Shown here: positions 12,557-24,417 of the stretch, piece after piece
How the letters are laid out: the number at the start of each line of letters is the position of its first letter
Position numbering within the stretch: the stretch's first letter is position 1
Origin: Octopus vulgaris
Taxonomy: Eukaryota
Direction of reading: 5' to 3'
Assembly (NCBI GenBank): GCA_951406725.2
Contig: OX597818.1
Span: 36,890,001-36,954,000, forward strand
DNA length: 64,000 bases
Made by a program: the position numbers and the translations under genes
The notes under the pieces: generated by a model
Databases searched by the model: none
Told to the model about the DNA's origin: nothing
What the model saw: the letters and a program-made list of their open reading frames with translations, nothing else

Positions 12557-12984
12557 TACGTAATAAAAATGAAAACTAGTCCAAAAAATTACTTTAAAGA
12601 GCAGTTCAATCCTGCTAGAATTTCAAATCATATCTGAAATTCCGACTAGAATTTTAAATCATACTTCGGAAAGTATACTGCGTCAAACTTCATGACATGG
12701 CCCAAACTAAACAAATGTAAATTAAGTACCAGTTGCATACTGGAGTCGATATAATCGGCTGGCCCTCTCCCCAAAAAAGTTTGGGCCTTGTGCCTAGAGT
12801 AGAAAATTATATACTAGGCAATAACTTGCTCCAACATCAGTCCCATCAGCAGCTGAAATCATTAAAGTCTTGATTAGTTAATGCTGGACTCGGTAATTTT
12901 ATTGTACGAAGCTAACAGTTATAAACTCATACACAAATAAGAGGGGTGGGAATGGTAAACGATAGAAATACATATTCTTTTTTT

Positions 12985-13102
12985 TAATTCTTTTATTCTT
13001 TTACTTGTTTTCGTCATTTAACTGCGGCCACGCTGGAGCACCGCCTTGAAGGAACCATGTTGTTGGGAAGCAAGCTTCTTACCACGCAGTCACGCCTGCG
13101 CC
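12985..13102 (-). mobile_element. SINE family D with large internal deletion (head joined to tail)
   Basis: Family D head fused directly to GGCGGTGCTCCAGC...GAAAACAAGTAAAAGA tail. Confidence 0.8.
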
Positions 13103-14477
13103 TATATATATATATATCTTTTTTTGAAACGGTGAAACACGAAGCAGATAAAGCTATAATAGCATGTAGATAAGAGATTTTTAAAAAACCCTTTGGATAG
13201 AACCGGTCGAAGGATGCCCTCAGCACTTGATCTCACATCTATAAAAATGGTTAGTAGCCTGCCATTGGAACAAAGCATTTCTTTGAATTCTTTGATCCAT
13301 TTATTCATTAACTTTAATCTTTCTGATGAAAATTGTGTGTTTTCGATGTCATAAGAATTTTAAAAGATTTTTAAAAGGCGCCGAGCTAGTAGAATCACTC
13401 TTCGTCTTAGAGGCAATTGTATTTTACAAGCTGATGCTTTTTATTAGTAAAGTTTGTAATTTCAATATTTGTACACTTTTTTTTTTTCAAAATTCTGTTC
13501 AGGTCACCTTTGCCTTCATCTTTTCGCAGTCGATAAAACAAGTACTAATTAAGAACTGGTATTGATGGAATCAACTTACTCTTTCTCCCAATATTTCAAA
13601 TTCTACCGAGGTCGCCTTTGCCAATCACTTTTTCGGGGTCGATAAAAAAAAGTACTAACTGAGCACTGGTATTACTGGAATCAACTTACTCTTTCTCCCA
13701 ATATTTCAGACCTTGTGCTTTAAGTAGAATGAAATATTTGTGTATTTTGTCATTAATGTTAGTCTATAGTTTAATGTAATGCATTTTATATTCTGCTTTA
13801 TAAGGTTGCTGATATTCTCATCTATTAAACGAGTTTGCATTTTGATTCACGTAATACAGTTTATCCTTCGTTTATTTATTTTTAATAAGTGTAGTGTATG
13901 TGATGCAATCATTTCGTTATATTTGTTACTGAACCGCTCTATGAGTTAGTCTATTCGATATTTTATTTTGATTATTTTTTAATACCATTGCTGATTAGCG
14001 TTTGTTTTATTCTATGGAAATTTCTTTATGTAATAATTCGTCTGTGCAGGACAATCTAAATGTTTTACTGTGCAGCGATTTCACTACTGACATTTTGTAT
14101 CTATGAAAATATTCTCTGTCTAAGTATAGGTAGTTATTTGTGTCTTTCGTGTAGACGTGACGTATCTGTTATTGTCTATCTCAATGTTTCCATCTAGAAA
14201 TGGAATGATTGTATTACTAGGAGATTTATTTTTATTGTTTTTAGATGCTGACTTTTTAACCATTTTTATATTTCTTTTTGTATTAAGCTGTTTTATTTAT
14301 TTATTTTTTAATTCTTCCTTCAATTTCTTCATTCATCCGGTGCATCCGTAGGATGTGTGTATCGTCTACACGTGGTGTGTATCGCATGTTCATGTCTCGA
14401 TAGCAATTTGGTTTCTATTGTGGTCATATACACGGCTTCGAACGTGAGTCCTAGGTACGCGTAAATGATATCTTTAT

Positions 14478-14479
<2 letters not shown>

Positions 14480-14573
<94 letters not shown>

Positions 14574-14749
14574 TACATACATGTATGTATGTATATAATA
14601 TAATAAATATATATATACACATGTACATATATATATATAAATTCATATATGTACCTATACATGTATATACATACACACACATATACTGAGAGGGGGATTA
14701 TATATACATACACACACATATATATAAATACATACTTATATATATACAC

Positions 14750-14790
<41 letters not shown>
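14480..14790. repeat. (TA)n, (GATA)n, (GT)n microsatellite cluster
   Basis: Directly visible. Confidence 0.95.
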
Positions 14791-15299
14791 TCTTCTCTTA
14801 CTCTTCCACTGGTTTCAGTTTCTAATAGTCTCCGTCTACAAAGAGCGAAATACTTTTTGCTGTAACAAACATACAGATCTTGTAATGCACTCCAATACGG
14901 ACTTGCAATTCATTCGGAACCGGAACAATATCTTTAATTGCAGGAGAATGTTGGGCACATGGATACTTTTGCCTCTGCATTTACAATTCCCAGTTTGGCA
15001 ATGAGAACGGAAATCAGCTCATCTTAAGCTTTATGGAATCTTCCAAAAGTACTCACGGATTACGCATTAAAACCTTCAGTCAACATGGCTTTCTTATACT
15101 CATCGTTATATATGCGTTTCATTATTTATATATTTTGCCTTGGGAAAATTTCTTCAGATTCTTTTTCAAACATTGGAGATTTCAAACATTGGAGATTCTG
15201 TTTCAAACACTGGAATAATCATTGTTCACAAATTCAATTTTCATAAACCAGTCCTCTCTATTTAATACAAAGCCTAGATTTTAGATATTGGCTTCAAGT

Positions 15300-15505
15300 T
15301 TTTGGCACAAAACCTGCAATTTCGACAGAGGAGAGTAAATCTATCTCATTGTCGCCTGTACTCAACTGGTACTTATTTCATCGACCTCTGGCGGGAAGGA
15401 AGACAAAGCTGACCTCGGCAGAATTTGAACTCGGAACATAAAGACAGACAAAATGCCGCTAAGCATTTTGCCAGTCGTGTTAACAATTCTGCCAGCTCGC
15501 TGCCT
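15300..15505 (-). mobile_element. Older SINE family C copy (tail 2)
   Basis: Diverged head, core and tail 2. Confidence 0.75.
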
Positions 15506-15895
15506 TCTCGAAATCTTAAATATTAACCTCTATACTTGACTCGTACGACATTTGATCGAACCCGGGGTGGGGATGAAATGTAGTGTTGAGATCGGTGTTA
15601 TGAAATATATGTAACTCCATCAAATAGGTTGGTGCTATTTTCTTTCGTTTGTACACTCACTCGTGTACACTTATACGTATGCTGGTACAGCTGTCTCTTC
15701 CTCTGGAAGTTACATAATTTGTATTCAGCTGGATAAAGTATTGCGAGACCGAGGCATCGAAGACAATTAGTGGAACATGGTACATAGTACAAAGTTATAC
15801 TTACTTCCTAGCGAGTGACGACTATTATAGTGTTTTATGTGTGCGTGTGTATATATATATATATATATATATAAATGTGTGTGTGTATGCATATA

Positions 15896-16267
15896 TCTCT
15901 CTCTATATAAACGGCAGTTTGTCTGTGCGTTTTCTGTGTGTCTGTTTTCTCGTACCCTCACCCTGACCACGGCTTTCAACCGATTCTGATGAAACTTGAC
16001 ACACACATAGCCCAATGTCATAATTCAAAACTAACGCAGCGAAAATTTTGAAAAGTTCCCCCAGTTCTGAAAAAATCGATAAATTCGACATGGGGTCGAG
16101 AATCAGAAACCCAAACCACAGACCGTCTAGGGGACGCAACTCCACCTTTTTTAACTCTCAAAAAAAATTTACCATCATTTTTTTTCTATTTTTTGGCTAT
16201 AACTCTCTAAAAATGCTTTATAGTTATTTCCCTTACAAACCTGAGCAACGCCGGGCGATACTGCTAG
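15896..16267 (+). mobile_element. Non-autonomous Helitron (family 1 3' end, different body)
   Basis: TC start, 3' ~120 bp shared with 10678-11074, CTAG|T end. Confidence 0.8.
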
Positions 16268-16328
16268 TATATATATATGCGTGTGTGTGTGTGTATGCAT
16301 ATATATATATATATGTGTGTGTGTATGC

Positions 16329-16359
<31 letters not shown>

Positions 16360-16360
16360 C

Positions 16361-16403
<43 letters not shown>

Positions 16404-16439
16404 CATATATATATATATGACAATTATTCGTTAGCCATG

Positions 16440-16498
16440 ATAAAACTCCGAGTTTCGGATGTCGGGGCGGAAACCCACGCCGCTGTCTCTTCAGTTAT
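16440..16498 (-). ncRNA. Type-I hammerhead ribozyme motif
   Basis: Minus strand ATAA-CTGAAGA-[long stem II region]-GAAACTCGGAGTT-TTAT. Stem I ATAA/TTAT, stem III ACTC/GAGT. Confidence 0.6.
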
Positions 16499-16556
16499 TG
16501 TATCGAAAACAATGCTATCTAAAAAGATTTTTATAACATTTTTGTCGATGGCCCCC

Positions 16557-16595
16557 ATAACTGAAGAGGCGGCGGCGTCGAAACCGGAGTTTTAT
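16557..16595 (+). ncRNA. Minimal type-I hammerhead ribozyme motif
   Basis: ATAA CTGAAGA GGC GGCGGC GTC GAAA CCGGAGT T TTAT. Confidence 0.6.
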
Positions 16596-16734
16596 CATGG
16601 CTACCGAATAATTGTCACATTATATTCACAGATAAATTTCTATATTTACATAATATCGAGGTCTCTTTCATTCTTTTGTTGTATTACCATTTCTATCAAC
16701 ATATATATAAATATATATATACATATATATATAA

Positions 16735-16783
<49 letters not shown>

Positions 16784-16791
16784 CATACACA

Positions 16792-18394
16792 CAGTCATCC
16801 TCAAAATTATTCATAATCTTGTTAATTTTTGTCCTTTTTAAACATTTTTTTGATGAAATAAATGCATTTTGTCAATTTTGTTTATGTGTTGTATATATGT
16901 GGCCAACAAGTAAAAGAATAACAACAATACACAATTCAAGAAATTCTTCATTTCAGGAGTATTCATACCCTAGCTTTACTGGGTCCAATAACTTTCTTTA
17001 ATCGTCAATATCATGGTCTTTGTTTTTTTTTTATGACTGCTTCTAGACGGTTCTTGTACGTGTCCGCAAGCTTCCTGCATGTCTCCTGTGAGTTGATGGC
17101 CCACTCTTCCTTGGCGAAAGCCTCAAGCTTGGTCAGATATAAATAAAGGAAAAGATTTCTGCTCATTCTCAGTTTCTTCCTAATGGCCAAGAGGAAGATC
17201 AGTGAGGACCTACGTCAACGTCTTGTGCGTGCCCACAGTGAAGGAAAGATTTACAAGGCCATTTCAAAGCAGCATGATGTCCTTGTAGTAATCGTCCAGA
17301 GCATAATCAACAAGCACAAGAGGTTCAACACTGTTAAGACCCTCAGTGAACGTTGCAGGAAGCGTAAGGTGTCTCCCAAACTTGCCAGAAAAATCTGCCG
17401 AGAGGTCAACAACAACTTCCGGACCACAGTCATGGCCTCAATTGAAACGCTTGACTAGGCAGGGAGGAAGGTGTCAGAGTACACCATTGAGCGAGTTTTA
17501 TACATAGGAGGTCTCCATGGACGTAGGCCTCGGAAGACGCCGCTGCTCAGGAAGAAACATCTGGAGTCTCACCTGTCTTTGTTAGAGGCCATCTGAAGCA
17601 AGATCCTAGCTTTTGGTCGACCATCCTGTGGTCTGATGAGACGAAGTTGGCCATATTGATGATGAATTTATCTGGAGGAAGAAAGGAGAGGCATACAATC
17701 CAAAGAACACTGCCCACTGTCAAGCAGATGGTGGTGGAAACATAATGTTATGGAGCTCCAGTGGCACAGGGAACCTTGTCAAAGTCCAAGGAATCATGAG
17801 AAAGGATCCTTGATGAAAACGTGAAAGAATCGGCTGAGAAACTCCAACTCAGCTACAACTGGAAGTACCATCAGGACAATGATCCGAAACATACGACCAA
17901 GGTAGTGAAGAAATGGTTCAAGGACAATGATGTCAACATCCAAGAATGGCCAAGTCAGTGTCCAGACCTGAATTCGATCGAGAACTTGTGGTGAGACTTG
18001 AAGACCAGAATGATGGCTTGGAAACCGACCAACCTGACCAAGCACGAGGCTTTTGCAAAGAAAGTGTGTGTGTCAACCTCCCACAGCAGTCACACAGGAA
18101 GCTTGTGGACACGTAGAGGAATCGTCTAGAACAGTCATAAAGAACAATGGTATGCTTTTGACTATTAAAGGAAGATATTGGACTCAGTAAACCTAGGGTA
18201 TGAATAATTTTGAACATGGCATTTTTTTTGAAAATCCATTAATAAAATACCCTTAAAATGAAGAATTTCTTGAATCTTGTATTATTGCTTTTCTTTCACT
18301 TGTTAGTCACATGTAGCTCATGAACAAACTTGACAAAATGCATTCATTTCATCACAAAAATTAACAAGGGTGCGAATAATTTTGAGGACGACTG
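16792..18394 (+). mobile_element. Full-length decayed Tc1 (DD34E) transposon with long IR/DR-type terminal repeats
   Basis: Ends CAGTC(A/G)TCCTCAAAATTATTC, TA at the right flank, internal direct repeat AGGGT(A/G)(T/C)GAATAATTTTGA. Confidence 0.92.
17183..18168 (+). pseudogene. Tc1 transposase pseudogene
   Basis: HTH N-terminus, LHGRRPRKTPLL, LWSDETK, HQDNDPKHT, EWPSQCPDLNSIENLW. Stops and frameshifts present. Confidence 0.92.
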
Positions 18395-18608
18395 TATATG
18401 TGTGTGTGTGTGTGTGTGTGCGCGCGCGCGTTCACGTGCGCGTGTGTGCATATGTATTCCATACGTAAACATGTATATGTATATAGTCTATACTTGCATA
18501 TATATATAGAGAGACAGACAGACAGATGGATAGAGAAATGATTAGACACACACGCATCGGCGCACGTGGGGGGTTGGTGGTTCTGTGGTTTGATGGGTAT
18601 GTGTGTGT

Positions 18609-18645
<37 letters not shown>

Positions 18646-19024
18646 AGTCTACATATATATTTTTCTCTTGAAGAGCTGTTAAATCTAAAATACATGGAAT
18701 TTTAGAATCTTGTTTCTACGATGTTAGCAGCACTCATGTCAGTCTCTGTCAGTCTCTGTCCGTCTCTGTCAGTCTCTTTTTCAGGCTTTCATTTAAATGC
18801 TGTTCATTCTTACAGGCTTAAAAGATTTTCATTTTATTTTGTTAGCCTTGACAGGGTGTTGACCCTTTCAGCAAACTCACCCGTATACTTACTGCACAGA
18901 AAGCACACAAAGCGAGGAATGAATTATTTCGATATTGTGCATACGCGTGTGCATGTGTGTTTGAATAGGTGCACATGTATGAAGGGGTACCTCTGTCTGT
19001 GTGTGCAGGCATGTGTGCATGTGT

Positions 19025-19070
<46 letters not shown>

Positions 19071-19705
19071 GTTCATCCCTGTTCATTTTGAGACATCGCG
19101 CGTGTATGTATGTGTGAGTTCCTTTTGTAAAGAAAGTGGGAGGTGTTTTAGTTTGAAAATAAAATGCATATCTTTGCGTGTACGAACAAGCCCCTTGTGA
19201 TTTTGATGCACAGAAGGCTGCACATAAAACCTAGTTTGTGGGTAAACACTAAAAAAAAAGCTTGCGGATATAAATGATTTGGGCGTGTTTGGGTGTGCAG
19301 TAACGCATGTAATTTTTTTTTATTACGTTGAGTAGCTCTCTTTTTTTTTTTTCTTCTAATCTTAACCTCTGTTAAGATGCAATTGGGAAAGTTTATAATG
19401 TTAAATAACAAAAGTTAGTAAATTAAATCGCAAGCGATTTCCCTGCATTTTTATATCCTTTTTAATTTATTTACTCTTTTCGTAAATTGAGAAGTTTTAA
19501 ATTTCTCAATGGTTTCCTTACCTAGAGAGATGACTTCAGTGCTAGCTTTTCTAAAAGAGAAAAGAGAATAGAGCTTCTAAAAGTGAATAGAGCTTGAGAG
19601 GCTGACACGAACTTATTATGTTACATAAGTGAAATCCTATTCTGTTTGCATTTAACAGGTAGAACGCTGACGTAGTTTCCATCAGCTATCTTGTTAATTG
19701 TCAGG

Positions 19706-20343
19706 GCGCGGCAAGCCGGCAGAAACGTTAGTACGCCGGGCGAAATGCGTAGCCGTATTTCGTCTGCCACTACGTTCTGAGTTCAAATTCCGCCGAGGTC
19801 GACTTTGCCTTTCATCCTTTCGGGGTCGATAAATTAAGTACCAATTACGCGCTCGAGTCGATATAATCGGCTTGATCCGTTTGTCTGTCCGTGTTTGTCC
19901 TCTTTGTATTTGGCCCCTTGTGGGTAGTAAAGAAATAGGTATTTAAAGGCGGCGAGCTGGCAGAAACGTTAGCACACCGGAGGAAATGCGTAGCCGTATT
20001 TCGTCAGCCGTTACGTTCTGAGTTCAAATTCCGCCGAGGTCGACTTTGCTTTTCATCCTTTCGGGGTCGATAAATTAAATACCAATTACTCACTGGAGTC
20101 GATATAATCGACTTAATCCGTTTGTCTGTCCTTGTTTGTCCTCTCTGTGTTTAGCCCTTTGTGGGTAGTAAAGAAATAGGTATTTTGTCTATCTTTATGT
20201 TCTGAGTTCAAATTCCACCGAGGTCGAGTTTACTTTCATCCTTTCGGGGTCGATAAATTAAGTATCAGTTGCATACTGGGGCCGATTTAATCGGCTAGCC
20301 ACCTCCCTATAAATTTCGAGCCTTGTGCCTAGAGTGGAGAAGT
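19706..20343 (+). mobile_element. SINE family C tandem array (two heads, three cores, terminal tail 2)
   Basis: Repeated head, core and tail blocks. Confidence 0.9.
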
Positions 20344-20382
20344 ATCTTAACTGTCAAAATTAGCAGCACTATATTTCCTCTA

Positions 20383-20870
20383 GTGGAGGCGCGTGGCTTA
20401 GTGGTTAGGGTGTCAGCATCATGATCGAAAGATTGTGGTTTCGATTCCTGGACCGGGCGACGCGTTGTGTTCTTGAGCAAAACACTTCGTTTCACGTTGC
20501 TCCAGTCCACTCAGATGGCAATGCCATAGAAACCGGGAAACCAGGCCCATGATCCTGGCTAGGCTTTAAAAGGGCACAGTGGAGGCGCAATGGCCCAGTG
20601 GTTAGGACAGCGGACTCGCGGTCGAAGGATTGCGGTTTCGATTCTCAGACCGGGCGTTGTGTGTGTTTATTGAGCGAAAACACCTAAAGAGCTCCACGAG
20701 GGTCCGGCAGGGATTGGTGGCGACTCCTGTTGAAAGTCACCACGACTTTCTCTCACTCTCTCTTCCTGTTTCTTGAGTAACGCTGCGATGGACTGTCGTC
20801 CCGTCCAGCAGGGGGGAACATGTACGGGCCCATGAGCCTGGCTAGGCTTGAAAAGGGCGACATTTATCGT
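20383..20870 (+). mobile_element. SINE heterodimer (B+Y deleted, then A+Y)
   Basis: One 13-bp direct repeat TATATTTCCTCTA flanks both units. Confidence 0.85.
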
Positions 20871-21106
20871 TATATTTCCTCTAAAGAGGCGCATAACCTA
20901 GAGGCCAAGGTAGCAGATAACATTTTCGGACTGGGTAACGCATTTTATCTTTGTTCACTTAGTTGAAAATGACGACTAGCTGGATGTTAACCTTGCGCCG
21001 GAATATCGACCCATTCAGAGGTACTTTCTTACTTACGGTCCTCAAAACCAAAGCTCTAAACCCCGAAAAGTCTTCAGCCTCGTGTGCCTGTAGGTACGAA
21101 GCAAGT

Positions 21107-21147
<41 letters not shown>

Positions 21148-21251
21148 CTCTCTCTCCTTCTTTCTCTCCTCTCTCTCTCTCTATCTGTATTTACATACAT
21201 ATACATACATATATGCATACATATATAAATGCATGCAAATATATATATGTA

Positions 21252-21442
21252 TAGTTCGATATTTAAGAGATGAGGAATTATGAACATTACTTACATTTGA
21301 AGGGTATTTGTCCTCATCTTGTTTTTGTTAACACAACGTTTCGGCTGATATACCCTCCAACCTTCTTCAGGTGTCTTGGGAAAATTTCGAACCTGGTTTC
21401 TCATTCCTAAGATATTTTTCGATGTTGTTATTGTTGTTGTTG

Positions 21443-21496
<54 letters not shown>

Positions 21497-21529
21497 TTGT
21501 TCTTCTTCTTCTTCTTCTTGTTATTATTC

Positions 21530-21571
<42 letters not shown>

Positions 21572-21649
21572 TCACTGCCTGGAATGGAACTCGGAATCTT
21601 GGGGCTAGTAGCCCGCGCTCTTAACCACTACGCCATATATCCACGGGCA
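21252..21649 (-). mobile_element. tRNA-headed element with microsatellite linker and hammerhead-containing tail
   Basis: A-box TGGCGTAGTGG and B-box-like GAGTTCCATTC (21567-21649), (AAT/AAG/ACT)n linker, HHR at 21331-21374. Confidence 0.65.
21331..21374 (-). ncRNA. Minimal type-I hammerhead ribozyme
   Basis: ACAC CTGAAGA A GGTTG GAGGGTATAT CAGCC GAAA CG TT GTGT. Intact core, stems I and II, palindromic AACGTT in place of stem III. Confidence 0.75.
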
Positions 21650-22039
21650 TATGACTTACGGTAACTGGCTTTCTTTTCTAACGTTTGGTTTCTTTAAAAT
21701 ATATATTCATGCGTAAGAATTTGGGTGTACATGTGTGTATGTATGTGTGTGTGTGCTTACATTTTCGCTTTTGTTCTTGCTTTTGTAAGCACTCATACTC
21801 ACATAGATATCTATGCGCAAACACACACACACACAAATCCAAGCATCTGTGTGTGTGCATGCGCGCGTGTGCGTGCGTGCGTGAGTGTGTGCATGTTGCC
21901 CACTGTTTTACATCGACTTCCGATCTGGTCTCAATCATCATCCTTGAGTTTTGTTGTGGTAATTAACACTGGATATGAAAAGGATGTGGTTGCTTTGTGG
22001 GGTTGATATTACTATATTCATAAGTACCGATTCTGCTTC

Positions 22040-23460
22040 TAGGATGTGCCCTACTACAGTGAGTCATGTTATCTATGCGTTAGGTGTTTCGAATATGCAG
22101 TAAGAGTTTTTATTTCGACATTGCGTATCCTACCGTTGTATTTATGTTTGCAGACACTAGATTTTTCTCTCTTTTAATTATATTCTTGCCTATGTTCCCG
22201 ATTCTTGCGCCTATAATACAGACCGTTTCACCAATATTGTTGTGACATTCTTACCCTTCATCTAAGCACTTTTTCCGGTACACTACGACCTTGTTTTGCA
22301 GTTTACACTAAGGGTGGTTGTATATTCTGAAGATGCTCTTGAATAGGTTATTTTTCTCAAATGAGTATGGCCTACTTATTAGTAGCTTAACTGGTTTGCA
22401 TGTTGTTCTTTACTTCGATTTTAAGCTTTGTTTCATTTAGTGCTTTTCTAATTCTGTGGGCTAACGATGGTTATCATTGACAAATATTACACTTCATTTT
22501 GCTGTTTATATATCTAGTCTGTTTAGCTATTTTTTTTTCCTTTCTAAATCATTCAAGATTTGCTTCGATATAGGGCACATAGTCCTTTTCTTTGTTCTTC
22601 TAAATAATTCATTATTTATTCAGCGATGACGCACGGAAGATATACTTCTCAGCATCCTTATTTGGTTTGCTGTCAGAATCGTATATTCTCTAACAGAGCA
22701 GCTTAATGACAACTGCAGGTTTCGTAAAACTCGAGAGTGGGAGTTAATCTTTGTCTATATTTTCAAGTTAGAGTTTAAATAAGTAGTCAAAGGTTAACCT
22801 TGATACTCTTTGAGGATGGAGTTTGTTATATGCTGTTGCTCTTTATAGCACTTTCTTCCAGTTCCCGAGTATCATGTCGCAGGGGAATTTGTGTAATCTT
22901 GCTATGTGTCAAACACATAGCAAGAGTACACAACACTACCACAATTATAGATATCTCCGCTAGTTACTCTCTGGGGTGTCTATTCAACTATACTCCAAAA
23001 ACCTTGGTCTCGTCTTTCGTGAGATTGGCGTCGATGATTGCATTCATCTCCGGAATATACAGTATAGTATTAAATTTAAATATGCGGCCATTTTTAGAGA
23101 CGGTTTGAGAGGGCACCAACAACATTTTCTTATAAATCATGGGAGTTTATGGGGAAATGAGATTCTACTTATTTCGGATTTTGCAAGGCAACATTATTTT
23201 AGGTCATTCTTTGTCGACATGTGAGTATTATAAGAACCCCACCTCGTTCGGCATCATTATTGCGAAATGCTACATCACTCTCACAAATCAGCGACACGCA
23301 ATTCGTAACAAAATCAATATCGGTAGATGGATATATGGACACTATATCCATGCTGCCAATAATGCAAGTTGTAAGGTCAGAGAAGTGCTTGAAGTCATTG
23401 ATCCTTTTGCGACAGCAGAGAAGACTTCACGAGCAGAATCGATGACTGTGACCTAACAGA
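22040..23460 (-). pseudogene. Decayed Penelope-like retroelement (RT + GIY-YIG endonuclease)
   Basis: Minus-strand IIGSMDIVSIYPSTDID (PLE RT motif A, ~23310-23365) and VVVYRKKC...NIGETVCIIGARI (GIY-YIG-like, ~22200-22310). Many stops. Confidence 0.7.
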
Positions 23461-23689
23461 TTGCATTATAGATAGCATGATGTAATATCGCTATGTATGA
23501 GTGTATATGTTTGTAATGCGAGTACGTACAAAATCAAAACAGAAAATACAAAAGCATTCACACACTCACATGGACACGTACTAACCACTGTTAATACTAG
23601 CCCTTTTGTGTCTGACCGTGGTCACTGCCACATCGATATACTTCCCTCTGCCGTAAGGCTTCATTTCCACAGCTGAATTCAATTCGTCC

Positions 23690-24160
23690 CCAGTCGAAAG
23701 ACACCTGTAGTTATGTTATGTTATTATTATTATTTATTGTATTTTTGTATTTATATTAGTGTAACATCGTTTGTTTATCCGTCCTTATTTTCATATACAG
23801 TCGAGGGTTTTTTTCCAAGGAATCTAATGCTCTTAGATTAGTTTTTTCTTGGGGCTGGCCAGATTGGAGCAATCTCAAGATTAATCAGCCGAAATTGCGA
23901 GGATGATCTGGTTCTTGACTGAGGATAAAAGGCTTCGAATGACCCGCCCTTGTTTTTTTGTATCGTCTATCTGGATGTTTTGTTGTCCCTTTTTGTATCA
24001 CCTAGTTTTGCGTTCTTTTCCCATTTTGTATTTTATGTCCAGCCGAAATTGCGAAGATGATCCGGTTCTTGACTGAAGATTGAAGGCTTCGAATGTCCCG
24101 TCCGTGTTTTTTGTATCGTCTTCTAAATGTTTCACGTTCTTGTCCCAGTTTGTATTTTTT
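23690..24160 (+). mobile_element. Short repeat with partial tandem duplication, probably PLE pseudo-LTR derived
   Basis: CAGCCGAAATTGCGA..GATC..GTTCTTGACTGA(A/G)GA block occurs twice. Inverted homologue at ~57930-58200. Confidence 0.55.
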
Positions 24161-24167
24161 TTACATT

Positions 24168-24216
<49 letters not shown>

Positions 24217-24364
24217 AGTTCCTTTGGTTTGTGTCTATGTTTTCGTTTCTCTTTGTGTTCGACGTCCCTTTGGTGTCCTGTACTCATATATGCGTGTATA
24301 TGTACATGTAGAGGTAGGTACGTACATATATGTTTATATATATGCATATGTTTTATTTCATTTA

Positions 24365-24417
<53 letters not shown>

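Noticed and set aside
15661-15702. Possible 42-nt minus-strand micro-exon
   Set aside because: Splice-like signals only, no recognisable peptide or partner exon
22800-23456. Plus-strand ORFs of 102 and 105 aa
   Set aside because: Antisense to the Penelope-like relic
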